The notes under the pieces are model-generated. The model was given only the letters and a program-made list of their open reading frames with translations. It did not search any database and had not been told where the DNA came from. Shown here piece after piece: positions 51,348 to 64,000 of a stretch of 64,000 bases of DNA. The stretch lies in contig OZ249448.1 in assembly GCA_965235115.1 (NCBI GenBank), positions 7,440,001 to 7,504,000 on the forward strand, given 5' to 3'. The position numbers and the translations under genes are program-made. The stretch comes from Laetmonice hystrix (Eukaryota). Position 1 is the first letter of the stretch. Each line of letters begins with the position of its first letter.

Positions 51348-54300
51348 TTTAATATTATTATCGAAGGTAACCTACAAAGGACCTGACGATATGTGTATGA
51401 AACATTTCTCGGCGTTAGTTTCGATTGAAACCTTGGTTTGATGGATGGGAGACCGTCTCTACCTGTTGCCGTGTTATCGAGTGGCGGGAAGGAACGACTT
51501 ACCACAATGTCTACCTACACACCCACACGAAAGTTACCTCTTCATGAGGCGCACGTACCAGGGTACACCTCAGGTGGTGGGCTCACAATCCTCATCAATC
51601 AATGAGTTTTAATTAAGTTCTAGCTGTTTCCGTCAGGTGACCGAGAGGCCAGTGTAAACAGGGCCTAAATCCGCCAGACTCTCACTAACACACTCAAACT
51701 TTGAACCGGCATTCACAGGGTCATTAAACGGATCAGCCTGTCTCGTAGGACCATATCCAGGATATGATATATCATAGGATAGGATAAAGAATGCAGAAGA
51801 ATCTCACGCTTATGCTTTATTAATGAAACCTAACGAGCTTTACCTCACCAGGTGTGGGGGTTACGTATGGTGTCTACAAACACATCAACACAGTCTTGAC
51901 ATACCTTTTGACTCACTACACTGTTGGGCTGACAGGATGGAGTGTGTTTCAATGATATTCCCGTTGGGGCCCGGGATAAAATAGGTTCCTTTCATTTTAA
52001 CCCTGTTTTCGCCGTGAAGATGGCCCCGGATGCCGACACGGCGGAAAACCACCACTACTCACTCACTGACTATAAACACATTACAAGAGCACCACTCCTC
52101 CGATTCCACACCCACATAATATGTTTTTGCCAGATGGTTAGCCCCCCCTCCTCCCGATGAGACTTTCAGCTGTGTCACCACACCACCTTTTTCACCTGTA
52201 TACACTGGAATTATGAAGTACATTCGATAGTGTCTTCAGGCCCAATCCCGGTATTGTCACATCTCTGTGGGCTCAAAGCCTACATAATGTCACCCAGTGC
52301 AACCTGCCGTGTCCCTACACGAGTTATGGCGACGCAAAGGGAAGTTTTTCATATATGTCATGGGTGTTTCCCATGTAAGTCAATCTCTGCTGCTGCTTTC
52401 AGCCGCTTGGCATCAGTGTCGGCACTACAAAGGCCTCTGATGTCTATAGGGATCCCTCGTCTAAGGGAATGCATCCAATATGCCATCGAGCACTGTCATA
52501 AATAGGAGAGCTGGTTATAAATGTTGTCTCCTGACAGCTCAACCAGAGGGAAATCTCCGATTGATCGCCCCTTGGTGGCGTGAATTTACAGACACGTGAA
52601 ACATCGGCTGGCCAGATAGGGGTCAGGGGTCAGCCAGTCACGTGATACCCACACACAGCCAATCCAAATACAGCAGCTGTTTGATGGATGCTTGACAACA
52701 GAATATGGCACCAATGGCCGCCAACACCGCACTTTGGTGAACGTTTATGTCCGTGAAAACCATACTCTAATCTGCCAAGCTTTGTCAGCCTAGAATGGGA
52801 CCTTGAATAGATTAGAGATTGGTCTGTACCGCTGCAAACATGGAGCCAAACCACACCCTGTGCTAAATGACACTTAGTTCTTGTCACCACCACTTTGTCT
52901 AGTGGTCGTCATACCCTACCATTAACCAATCAACAGGACGACGACCCTGTCTCCACTGAATTACACCACTGTCAGCATTTCTATACACCACACCTCTGTA
53001 TCCTGGTAGTATTAAAATACTGCCACCAGGGATCCTGGAGAGGTCAAATAAAAGTGAAGGAATAAAAATACAGCCTTTGGAAAATTGCATAGTGCAAACC
53101 TGATTTGAAAAAACCTTGAAAATGCAGCACTCTAAATGCCATTGCATGCCTTTATAAAATACTTGAAGGCCGTCAGAGAACGAAGGCGATATATTCCATA
53201 ACGACTAGCTCTGCTCCCCTAACACCACCCTCCAAAACCGATTAACATTTAATGCATAATATCCACACCCATCGGCTCCGTAATGGCTGTGTTCTGTACC
53301 TCTTTCCTCTTTGCCGATATTCTCATTAAAAACCTCTTTGCTCTGGATATTACCCCGGTACTTGGAGTTACAACTTGGAGTTCAGTCAATATGCTGGGTA
53401 ATGGCATCCTGATGGTTCCATTCAGGAGGTGCCATTTTTATCAATTACGTACAAAGTAATGAATGCGTTCAACATATTCCTGTCGCCAATAGGACGCTGT
53501 TGATCCCTACCAGTACCACGGAGTGTTCGGTGTCACACATCTCCAAACACTCTCGACACGCTACCGTCTTTCCCTCTATCCGAAATTATTCCTCAGCGGT
53601 CTCCAGAGCCACCAACAGTCTGTTCTATGACACTGACTGATGACTGTGGGTGCTGGTTTTTACACTAAACCTGGAGGACACGGAGGTCCTGGAGATCACC
53701 ATGTCCCAGCCCTTCCCAATAACGTGTTGTATCTGCAGCAAACAGAAGCCTGGTCTGCCTTGTTAATTCACTCCTACACAACCCGTCAACACTGGCCAGT
53801 GGTGGGGGCCACTGTCCATTCATCAAACTATAAGTCATACTGGGGTCTCATTATACGCAACCACATGTATATTTTAATGGGGTAACCAGTCGCAGAGGTT
53901 CTTTCCTGAAGTATATTCTATAATGATGGTAGGATAATGGGGGATACAGGAGCAGGGATACTAGTAGGTGACTCTCCACAGTCCTCCCCTCCACGGAGTT
54001 CATTCTGACGGTCATACCGGTCATACAAGGTCAAACTTTCCAAAGATTTTGTACAGAACTAATATCACAAGGATCCTCTAAATCCATACCTGTCATATCA
54101 TCCCAGATACCAACAAAAATTCTTTGAGGCGGCCGATCCGTCTTTGACATCCGACGTGAGATCTCTTCCAATGTGAAAGAAACTGAAATGGTTATCAGCC
54201 TCATCATTCAAATAGTTCATTTAAAACATCTCATTCCAAGAGCTGGTCGTCCCGCCTTGAGAGATCCATACACCTACGTGTGCCTCATTGAAGCACAACA

Positions 54301-54522
54301 CCATGCAAAGCGTTTTCACCTGTCTATTCCGAGTCTTTTATCTACTTGGAAACAAAGTTTTTGGCTTAATCAAATAACACCACATTGCCATGACGACCAC
54401 AATCCCATCGATTCCCTAATCCGCAGCCCTTCAGTGGTGATTGAGTTTATTTCACATCGCCTAACACTACAACTAGTATTTCTAAGTGCCGTTCTCGCGA
54501 GTCAGAGACAGAATTCTGGTAA

Positions 54523-54690
54523 CCGGTGAGCCCGGGGCCGGTGAGCCTAGGGCCGGTTGTCGGTGAACACCAGACCCCCGGTAGCCGGTGAGGCCCGGGC
54601 CGGTTGCCGGTGAGCCCAGGACCGGTTGCCGGTTAGCCCGGGACCGGTATCCGGTGAGCCCGGGACCGTTGCCAGTGAGCCCGGTGAACC
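54523..54690. repeat. Degenerate GC-rich tandem repeat, about 22-bp unit, about 7 copies
   Basis: Recurrent CCGGTGAGCCCGGGACCGGTTG-like units. Confidence 0.75.
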
Positions 54691-57600
54691 AGTACCAGTA
54701 CCAGCTGACGGGAAGTCCGTCCCATCGATCCCTCCCACTCCCTGTAAGACGCCGCCAAGATGTAACTGGATTACCCCTCTCCGGATAATCTCCCTGGTCA
54801 CCTTAATCCACCTTTAATACCTTAACCAGGTTAGTCCACACGTGGAAGGCACTCCCACTGCCGTGATAATCTAAACTCATATTAACCACAACTAAATTAG
54901 CCCGGGTTATTTTGCGCCTTCCGTGCTAGCCCGGCGTAACTTTAATAACACAAGGGCTGTAATTTCCCCAGGGCCATGCTCCGCCTATCTCACCCTGACA
55001 GCAGCCAAGTGTTCGCTGCCTATCACGGCACTTCTCATTGCCGCTTTTCGAATGACGCTTCATGTTTGTAATTCTAAACCCTAGACAATAAATGTAGAAC
55101 ATATCTGACCCCTGAGGTTCTATTCATCCTGATATAAATCCTGGAAACCTCGGATGAGACAGTGTTTGAATTATATGATGGTTAGCATATTCATGACTTT
55201 TATTTAAAACACACTGGCATATCACACAATACCATCATTGTGAAGGATTTACATCATTGCATAATGTTCTTCTTTCTACTGAGAAAACGAGAGGACTCAT
55301 ACCACATTAATATAACCAAAGTAGAAATTTATACACTTGACAACCTCTAATTAATCAATACTTTTATTTAAATTTAATAACGAACCCTAACCATCGTGCT
55401 ACCTCTGGTTAAAGCAACTCTATCATACCCCCAGGAAATAACTAAAATATTAGTAAGATCTCTCAATATATTGATTTAATTAATTTGACGTCAGGGCCGC
55501 TACATTCTGAATTAAATGCCAACACGAGCTGTGATGGCGAAAGTCATCGTGCCCCCAACGTATTATGTCAACGAAATCAATAAACCTAAGCTAGGTTTTC
55601 ATATCAAGGCACTTCCGTTTTTTGCGATTTATAATATTTACAAATTGGGGAGACATTTAAAACAGCCACACTAATATGTGACGATCCGACATATTGGCAT
55701 TCTGTCAACGTTGATGGGGCCTGCCGTATGACTTTTCCCTGAAGGTATAAATATTCTGTTCAGAATCGATTTTTAAATCTTTGGACGGTCAGTGGTTTGA
55801 AAATTAAAGTGAAAACTTCCAATACTTGAGGAGACGTCTGGAATCGGACTGACACCACTGCAGCCGTCGGGAATCACACTGACACCACTGCAGCCATCGT
55901 AGTCTCCCGCCTGGCTTGGGTCAGAACAAGACTTGGAGAACTTGTCCAACCAAAGTGAATAGACAATCTGATTTCTCTTCCCTCGGTCCCGGCACAAGAA
56001 TCCCATTATCATTATTACTGTGCCAGGAAATATCCCCCTTCCTGGTTTACGCGGGAACGGGGGCTATTCCGACCAGACAGTATTTTCCTTATCCAATTCA
56101 TCCCGGCCTCTGGTGGCTCCTTGCCCTGTCCGTAAGTAGAGCGATCTGGTAGACTGCCAACCCATATCACGCTGTCATGTTTGATTACACGTTTGATTGC
56201 AGCACTGACCAGAGGTACTGAATACGAGTCACTCTGGAACAAATCTAAGATCAGTACCCGTCTCTTGACCCCCAAACCCTAACGCTCGTTTCAACCCTCA
56301 TATGACACCCGTTTCAACCCTGAAATGACGCCCGATACTTTAGTACTTATAGGCGACTCCTTACGACCTCTATGCCTCAGGCTTTACGAGTATTTGCTGG
56401 GCTGAGATCTGGGCGCAGGATGATACGGTCATATAGACCTATCCAATCAGGTGATGCCATGACTGTGGCGCTGTCTCACGGGAAGATTGGCCTCATAAAG
56501 CCGCCAGCCTCGCTTCCAGTGGTGTGCGGAAAGTGAATTAGTGGCGTCAGAAGGCAATGTGCGTGCAGTCTGGATCAGTGATGACCAACAGAATCAGTGA
56601 TGACCGCCAGAATCTGGGATTCCATGCTAACTGCCCTGGTGATCCCTCAATAAATGACCACACCCCTCGTGTCAGCTCTTTCTGTATTCCCCGACAACGC
56701 CTGACGCCCGTCTAACGCTGCAGTTTAATCCTTAAACCTTCTCAGTGGCCATGCTCCATACCTCTTCACCTGCCAACCTATACCTGACAGTGTCGACCAC
56801 AGACCCGCCCGGGGACGGGTCTCAGGGTACGGCTTACACTAATAATAATAGCCGTGCCATCCCATCAAAGTACACAGAAATCAGGGAAGTAATAATATAT
56901 AAAATAATATACCAAAATATACAATCATAGCGGATACCTTGAGAATTATACCGATTTAAATCAGCCTGTGTATAGATAGTAAACACACACACACACCAAA
57001 TTCAGGTTTTCCAAGGGAAGACAACAGCACAAACCAGATTAGTATAGTTTAATTGATTGATTCCTTCTCACAGTTTTGCGACTTTTCTTACATCAACCTT
57101 TTCTTCGTCACCCTGACATGCGAGCATTATTAGGCGTGGTGAATTTAAACTCGTCTTTGTTCGCATTCCATAACAGATGAGCCTTTTATTTCAGCATGAG
57201 ACTGTAATCTGGCCCACTGTTGACTCAGATAATATCCCAAATGCTTCCTTACTTTTGACGGACGTAATTCAAGTCCTCTAAACGCCCTCCAGGGGGTCGT
57301 CCGATATTCCCTCTGTCTAGACAGTTGCTGTTAGTGCTGAAATATTCTACTCTTTTATGGGCAGAACCGCCGGCCACAGATATGCTCATTAAATCTATCC
57401 TATTTTCCTTCCGGGCAAACCCGATTGAGAACAAAATGTTGGAGAATTCCCAGTGAGGTGTAACGTCTGTATTATAAAATACCCGGTTACCGGTATCATA
57501 TAACGGGCACTGATAGCGTCACATCCTGAGGGGAATATTCTGTATAAATTCATATAAACTACTTGCAAATGTCTAAATCTACTAAATAAGGGTTAAGGCC

Positions 57601-59322
57601 TTTCACAATGGTTAGGGCCTTGCTGACCACATCATGATGCCCTGTGACCCATGGGGGCCTGGACGACGAGGGACCTGGACAATGAAGGGAAAACTACCTC
57701 CACCAATACCATCGGCTTCTTTTGTACACCAGAAAAACACATTTTCTATGACAATCAAATGAAATCTATGACCTTCGATAACACAATCTACAGTGCGATC
57801 TATTCTAGGACTTATATCAAACTCAAACATATCTTCTGTAGAGCAGGAAAGAATCTATTTACATCGATTACAATGTGAGGAAACCTCAAAAACAGAGTTC
57901 TTAATCTTGAGCTTACGAACCTTAATTAGCACTCGCCACAGGGTAAAACGGAGAAGTTGTGTTAAAAGCTCTGATTCATTAAATAGTACAGACACATTTG
58001 TAAAAGGATTAATTAGAGTACAACAAAGTAAAGGTGAGTTTGTGTACTGGGCAGAGCGGCTTCACAGAGCGAATACAACTATAGTAGTGGAATTCATCTA
58101 AATGAAGAATAAAAGGAGAGAGTGGGGCACCAGACTGAGGCCGGTAACCATGGTAATAGAATAGAGTCGGAGGTTTGGCACCAGGGGCGGTACACTGAGA
58201 GAATGAATTGTACATCAGGAAGCCACTAACCCCGCACTTAACCCACTTAATGTGTACATGTATTGACGAACCCAGCACTTAGTCTCCACGTGTATACAAA
58301 CTAACCTGAAGAATTGACGACTCGTCAGGCCATAGCTGTGTCAGACAAAAACATTTGGTGTCGGTCGGTTCTGATTGAACCATTTTACTACAATTGTAAC
58401 AGTGGTCTGGAATACACCCCTCAAACAGCATGCCACTCTCAATGTTTTCATTTTGTCTCTGAACTTATTTACACATGTTTCCAACCTGCCTGTAGAGGAC
58501 GCGGGGAGAAATAGTGTTCTCTGTTTTGCCGACTGACTACCTGAGTCTACCTCCTTTTTTAAACAAACTATGCTATTGTAGAGCTACAGGTCTATAGAAC
58601 AAGACACTCAATAATTCAAGACACTCAATATACTGTTCCTCTTCTAGACAGCAACACACTGTGCCATTTCAACTGTTACAGTCCAGTGATCCATATCAAA
58701 CAACCGAAACGGTTATAGCAATTAAACACAAGCTAAACGTTTGGGTCATGACACAAAAATTACTAATTATCTTTATATTATAATAAAATTCATTGGAAGG
58801 CATTTTGTTCCTGCAGAAGAATGTATTCTTTGGTGCAACGCATACCTTGAAATTTACAGCGAAACAAACCATCCACTAAATCTTTTAACGGCATCATGTA
58901 GTTAGGGATCACTTCACGCATCATTCAATAAGGCAATACTCCGCTGACTGAATGGTCCCCCTCATTTATAGCATATTAAAACGTCTGATCTGTTTTCAGT
59001 CGGAATAAATTATCGTGTTAACCTGAACTCCAAATAGCGCTCCTGAATTCGGTCCTCAGAAGTTTCTCTTTCAATCATAATGAAATTCAATTGATTTTTC
59101 TGTGGGAGTGTAACTGGCATGACATTTACAAATTGTGTTTTAACCTTTTCCTACTTATAACCTACATTACCAGGGTTTTTTTTTATGAAAAGACCTTTCT
59201 TCCCGTTTTTCGGTAAGGGGCCAGGGATAGTTATTAAACCGGCTACTTAGCCTTAACTTTAGTATGCTTATTATACCGAGCACACTGGATCAGTTGAGAG
59301 GATCAAGCTCTCGCTGACTTAC

Positions 59323-59505
59323 CTCCACAGAGAGTGTGTTGTTGCTGAGTTGATCCGAAAGTTGCTGGCACTTGTTGCGGAGGACCTCAATCTCCTTCTC
59401 CTTAGTGAGGACACTCTTGGCGTGGTCGGCGAGGTCCTTGGCCCGCTGCCGGGCGAACGCTCTCTTGACGTTCTCCGACTCGTGTACCGACACATCATGA
59501 GACTT
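59323..59505 (-). CDS. Internal coding exon of the same unidentified coiled-coil protein gene (183 nt, phase 0-0)
   Basis: Minus strand: donor GAG|GTAAGT; acceptor most likely GGATTGTTGCAG (weak tract). 61 codons KSHDVSVHESENVKRAFARQRAKDLADHAKSVLTKEKEIEVLRNKCQQLSDQLSNNTLSVE, strongly GC3-rich and coiled-coil-like, joining in frame to the 47163 exon. The 5' boundary is uncertain. Confidence 0.72.
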
Positions 59506-59529
59506 CTGCAACAATCCGAGCAGTTGGCA

Positions 59530-60732
59530 TTACAACTTTGTGGTCCTAGAGAGGGGATCAAGAGAAAACAATACCCTGCCGCTCCCCTACCATTACCATC
59601 ACAACAGTTTGGTCCTAGAGAGGGGATCAAGAGAAAACAACACCCTGCCGCTCCCCTGTTGGACCCCTACCATTACCATCACAACCGTTTGGTCCTACAG
59701 AAAACAACACCGTGCCGCTCCCCTATAGGACCCCTACCATTACCATCACAACAGTTTGGTCCTACAAAAAACAACACCGTCCAGCTCCCCTATAGGACCC
59801 CTACCATTACCATCACAACAGTTTGGTCCTAGAGAGGGGATCAAGAGAAAACACCCTGACAACCGTTTTGTCCGACAGAAAACAACACCGTGCCGCTCCC
59901 CTATAGGACCCCTACCATTACCATCCCAACAGTTTGGTCCTACAGAAAACAACACCGTGCCGCTCCCCTACAGGACCCCTACCATTACCATCCCAACAGT
60001 TTGGTCCTACAGAAAACAACACCGTGCCGCTCCCCTATAGGACCCCTACCATTACCATCACAACCGTTTTCTCCTACAGAAAACAACACCGTGCCGCTCC
60101 CCTATAGGACCCCTACCATTACCATCACAACAGTTTGGTCCTACAGAAAACAACACCGTGCCGCTCCCCTATAGGACCCCTACCATTACCATCACAACAG
60201 TTTGGTCCTAGAGAGGGGATCAAGAGAAAACAACACCCTGCCGCTCCCCTATAGGACCCCTACCATTACCATCACAACCGTTTTGTCCGACAGAAAACAA
60301 CACCGTGCCGCTCCCCTATAGGACCCCTACCATTACCATCACAACCGTTTTGTCCGACAGAAAACGACACCGTCCAGCTCCCCTATAGGACCCCTACCAT
60401 TACCATCACAACAGTTTGGTCCTACAGAAAACAACACCGTGCCGCTCCCCTATAGGACCCCTACCATTACCATCACAACAGTTTTGTCCGACAGAAAACG
60501 ACACCGTCCAGCTCCCCTATAGGACCCTTACCATTACCATCACAACAGTTTGGTCCTACAGAAAACAACACCGTGCCGCTCCCCTATAGGACCCCTACCA
60601 TTACCATCACAACAGTTTTGTCCGACAGAAAACGACACCGTGCCGCTCCCCTATAGGACCCCTACCATTACCATCACAACAGTTTGGTCCTACAGAAAAC
60701 GACACCGTCCAGCTCCCCTATAGGACCCCTAC
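59530..60732. repeat. Tandem minisatellite, 67-bp unit (some units about 13 bp longer), about 17 copies, abutting the 59.5 kb exon
   Basis: Unit GGTCCTACAGAAAACAACACCGTGCCGCTCCCCTATAGGACCCCTACCATTACCATCACAACAGTTT. Long variants carry an AGAGGGGATCAAG-type insert. Confidence 0.97.
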
Positions 60733-60990
60733 TACCAGCTACAATGGACTTCTCATTCGTTTATCAGGATATGAGTACGTAGAACTTAGAAGTAATTGTG
60801 ATATTTCGCCATGTCAGTATGTCCATCACCCATAAATAGCTTACGCTTGTCATATAATAAAACAAGAATTCGAATCAGAGAATCATGTCTGAGAAAACTG
60901 GATTCTTAAATTAGACCTAAAATAAAACTACATATGGTGCCCAAATGAAGTCTCTTTGAACCGACCTTCAAGGCACGGGAGCTCTAGGGA

Positions 60991-61057
60991 CCAACCTAGC
61001 CGGGGTACTCAAACACACCACCCAGGCCTGTCCACCCCAACCTACCGGGAGTACTCA
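60991..61057. repeat. Detached fragment (about 1.3 units) of the 51-bp minisatellite
   Basis: CCAACCTAGCCGGGGTACTCAAACACACCACCCAGGCCTGTCCACCCCAACCTACCGGGAGTACTCA matches the units at 62224-64000. Confidence 0.9.
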
Positions 61058-62223
61058 GGAAAACGTCGTACATCCTTGGTCAAACTAGATTATCTGATCC
61101 ATAATTCCCGTCTATCATTTACTTCGATACAGCGAACTGGACCGATTCCATTCTGATAGGTTACCTATCACTCGAGGCGGAAGTTGAAATCTCATCAAAT
61201 ATTTATGAACTGTTCAATAACAACTAGAGGACCGCTTTAAACTGATTTCAATTCACGGTTCAATGACACGTGGGAAACCTTTGTCTAACCTTAACGGAAC
61301 ATGCAGCGGTGAATGGGCGACTCGTAAAAAATCTAGTTCCGCATGGTGGCAGCACTGTCGCACCGGTCCTCGCTCCAACAACGTAGCACAAGATTAGATA
61401 GGACGACGAAATGCCAGAATGTGCCCGGATGCGTTACAACTTTTTGTTATTGAAAATTACAATGCGTAGGACTTCTTGAACTCGTAGAATCTTTAAACGT
61501 TATTATGTTTCATAAGAATTAGCTGCTGCATCCTTCCACAGATTAGAACTTCGTCGTCCTATCCAAACCAATGCTGATGTGCGACAACAGGGACCGGCAC
61601 GACAGTGCTGCCACCACGTGCCTGGAATTCCCCTGGATGTGCCTGGAATGCCCCACTGCGCATGCGTCTCGAGTCTCCCATTAACATCCTATACAAGGAG
61701 ACTTTATTATAGCGAACTACACTGTCTACCATCAATACCAATTGAACGCTTATCTTGACACTTTCACCATGAGGCGCCATATAGTCAGCAGAAATGTCCA
61801 TTATCAACGATTTTATCTAAAAAGGCCATTAGACAGCTTATTGCGAGGGACAAAACGAAAAGTAACAATTTCGAAACGTTTTCCAGCTTTGGGCCAAGCT
61901 CTGCCTCATCTCAGGTGTATGTGAACATTTATGACCGCCATACGGCAGCACTGAATGGAGTATGAAGGCAGCACGCATTCCTTCCCTTGCTACATACAGT
62001 ATACTAGCATGCAAGTATATAGATCCAACGGGGGGGGGGGGGTAATAATACAGAAACCGGAGCCAGACAATTTCTAGATCCCATCCCCTATCCCATCCCC
62101 CCGTCCCCCACGGTAAAACTGAGAACTCCTTCATATTTCCCATGAAATTAGCCTCTGGCGCCTGCCCAGGCGACCCCTCGGCTCTGGATCCGCGCGTATT
62201 GACTTGTGATTGGTCCACTTATG

Positions 62224-64000
62224 CCTGTCCTCCACCCCAACCCAACCTACCGGGGGTACTCAAACACACCACCCAGGCCTGTCCTCCACCCCAACCCAAC
62301 CTACTGGGGGTACTCAAACACACCACCTCGGCCTGCTCACCCCAACCCAACCTACCGGGAGTACTTAAACACACCACCTCGGCCTGCTCCCCTCAACCCA
62401 ACGTACCGGGAGTACTCAAACACACCACCCCGGCCTGCTCACCCCAACCCAACCTACCGGGAGTACTCAAACACACCACCCCGGCCTGCTCACCCCAACC
62501 CAACCTACCGGGAGTACTCAAACACACCACCTCGGCCGGCTCACCCCAACCCAACCTACCGGGAGTACTCAAACACACCACCTCGGCCGGCTCACCCCAA
62601 CCCAACGTACCGGGAGTACTCAAACACACCACCCCGGCCTGCTCACCCCAACCCAACCTACCGGGAGTACTCAAACACACCACCCCGGCCTGCTCACCCC
62701 AACCCAACCTACCGGGGGTACTCAAACACACCACCTCGGCCTGCTCACCCCAACCCAACCTACCGGGAGTACTCAAACACACCACCTCGGCCTGCTCAGC
62801 CCAGCCCAACCTACCGGGAGTACTCAAACACACCACCTCGGCCTGCTCACCCCAACCCAACCTACCGGGAGTACTCAAACACACCACCTCGGCCTGCTCA
62901 GCCCAACCCAACCTACCGGGAGTACTCAAACACACCACCTCGGCCTGCTCACCCCAACCCAACCTAGCGGGGGGTACTCAAACACACCACCCAGGCCTGC
63001 TCACCCCAACCCAACCTAGCCGGGGTACTCAAACACACCACCTCGGCCTGTCCACCCCAACCCAACCTAGCGGGGGGTACTCAAACACACCACCTCGGCC
63101 TGCTCACCCCAACCCAACCTAGCCGGGGTACTCAAACACCACCTCGGCCTGTCCACCCCAACCCAACCTAACGGGGGTACTCAAACACACCACCTCGGCC
63201 TGCTCACCCCAACCCAACCTACCGGGGGTACTCAAACACACCACCTCGGCCTGCTCACCCCAACCCAACCTACCGGGAGTACTCAAACACACCACCTCGG
63301 CCTGCTCACCCCAACCCAACCTACCGGGGGTACTCAAACACACCACCTCGGCCTGCTCACCCCAACCCAACCTACCGGGGGTACTCAAACACACCACCTC
63401 GGCCTGCTCACCCCAACCCAACCTACCGGGAGTACTCAAACACACCACCTCGGCCTGCTCACCCCAACCCAACCTACCGGGGGTACTCAAACACACCACC
63501 TCGGCCTGTCCACCCCAACCCAACCTACCGGGAGTACTCAAACACACCACCTCAGCCTGCTCACCCCAACCCAACCTACCGGGGGTACTCAAACACACCA
63601 CCTCGGCCTGTCCACCCCAACCCAACCTAACGGGGGTACTCAAACACACCACCTCGGCCTGCTCACCCCAACCCAACCTACCGGGGGTACTCAAACACAC
63701 CACCTCGGCCTGCTCACCCCAACCCAACCTAGCCGGGGTACTCAAACACACCACCTCGGCCTGTCCACCCCAACCCAACCTAACGGGGGTACTCAAACAC
63801 ACCACCTCGGCCTGCTCACCCCAACCCAACCTACCGGGGGTACTCAAACACACCACCTCGGCCTGCTCACCCCAACCCAACCTACCGGGAGTACTCAAAC
63901 ACACCACCTCGGCCTGCTCACCCCAACCCAACCTACCGGGGGTACTCAAACACACCACCTCGGCCTGCTCACCCCAACCCAACCTACCGGGGGTACTCAA
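62224..64000. repeat. Tandem minisatellite, 51-bp unit, at least 35 copies, runs off the window end
   Basis: Unit CCCAACCCAACCTACCGGG(A/G)GTACTCAAACACACCACCTCGGCCTGCTCAC. Source of the QPNLPGVLKHTTSACSP-type artefact ORFs. Confidence 0.98.

Noticed and set aside
57651-58101. Two plus-strand ORFs near an AAAG|GTGAGT donor
   Set aside because: No acceptor or recognisable domain; AT-rich composition is consistent with chance or transposon debris.
62224-64000. CCAACCCAACC (TTGGG-like) motif suggesting telomeric repeat
   Set aside because: Only about two TTGGG copies per 51-bp unit; not a pure telomeric tract. No (TTAGGG)n run was seen in the window.

Overview
Eukaryotic, repeat-rich, mostly non-coding genomic DNA. 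It is probably from an invertebrate animal; this is an inference from spliceosomal splice signals, abundant CpG and the transposon types. I found no prokaryotic gene organisation, rRNA/tRNA genes or CRISPR array. About 17-18 kb (roughly 27%) lies in about 14 tandem arrays with units of 6 to about 117 bp, including a 7.5 kb compound minisatellite. Every ORF over 150 aa in the supplied track lies in or runs through these arrays and is an artefact of stop-free repeat units. The best evidence for a real gene is two phase-0 minus-strand exons (59505-59323 and 47163-47065). They have GT/AG boundaries and splice in frame into a coiled-coil-like peptide that I cannot name. Several weaker minus-strand exon candidates lie downstream. 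The window also holds several small non-autonomous TIR elements: a Kolobok-like TTAA element, two TA-flanked elements and two copies of one MITE family. A very decayed non-LTR reverse-transcriptase remnant has one of these elements inserted into it. I found no convincing new biological system. The most interesting observations concern how the minisatellites relate to the putative host transcript: an array of decoy 3' splice sites abutting an exon, 5'-splice-site-like motifs in several arrays, and a strong shared strand bias. All counts and identities were made by eye.
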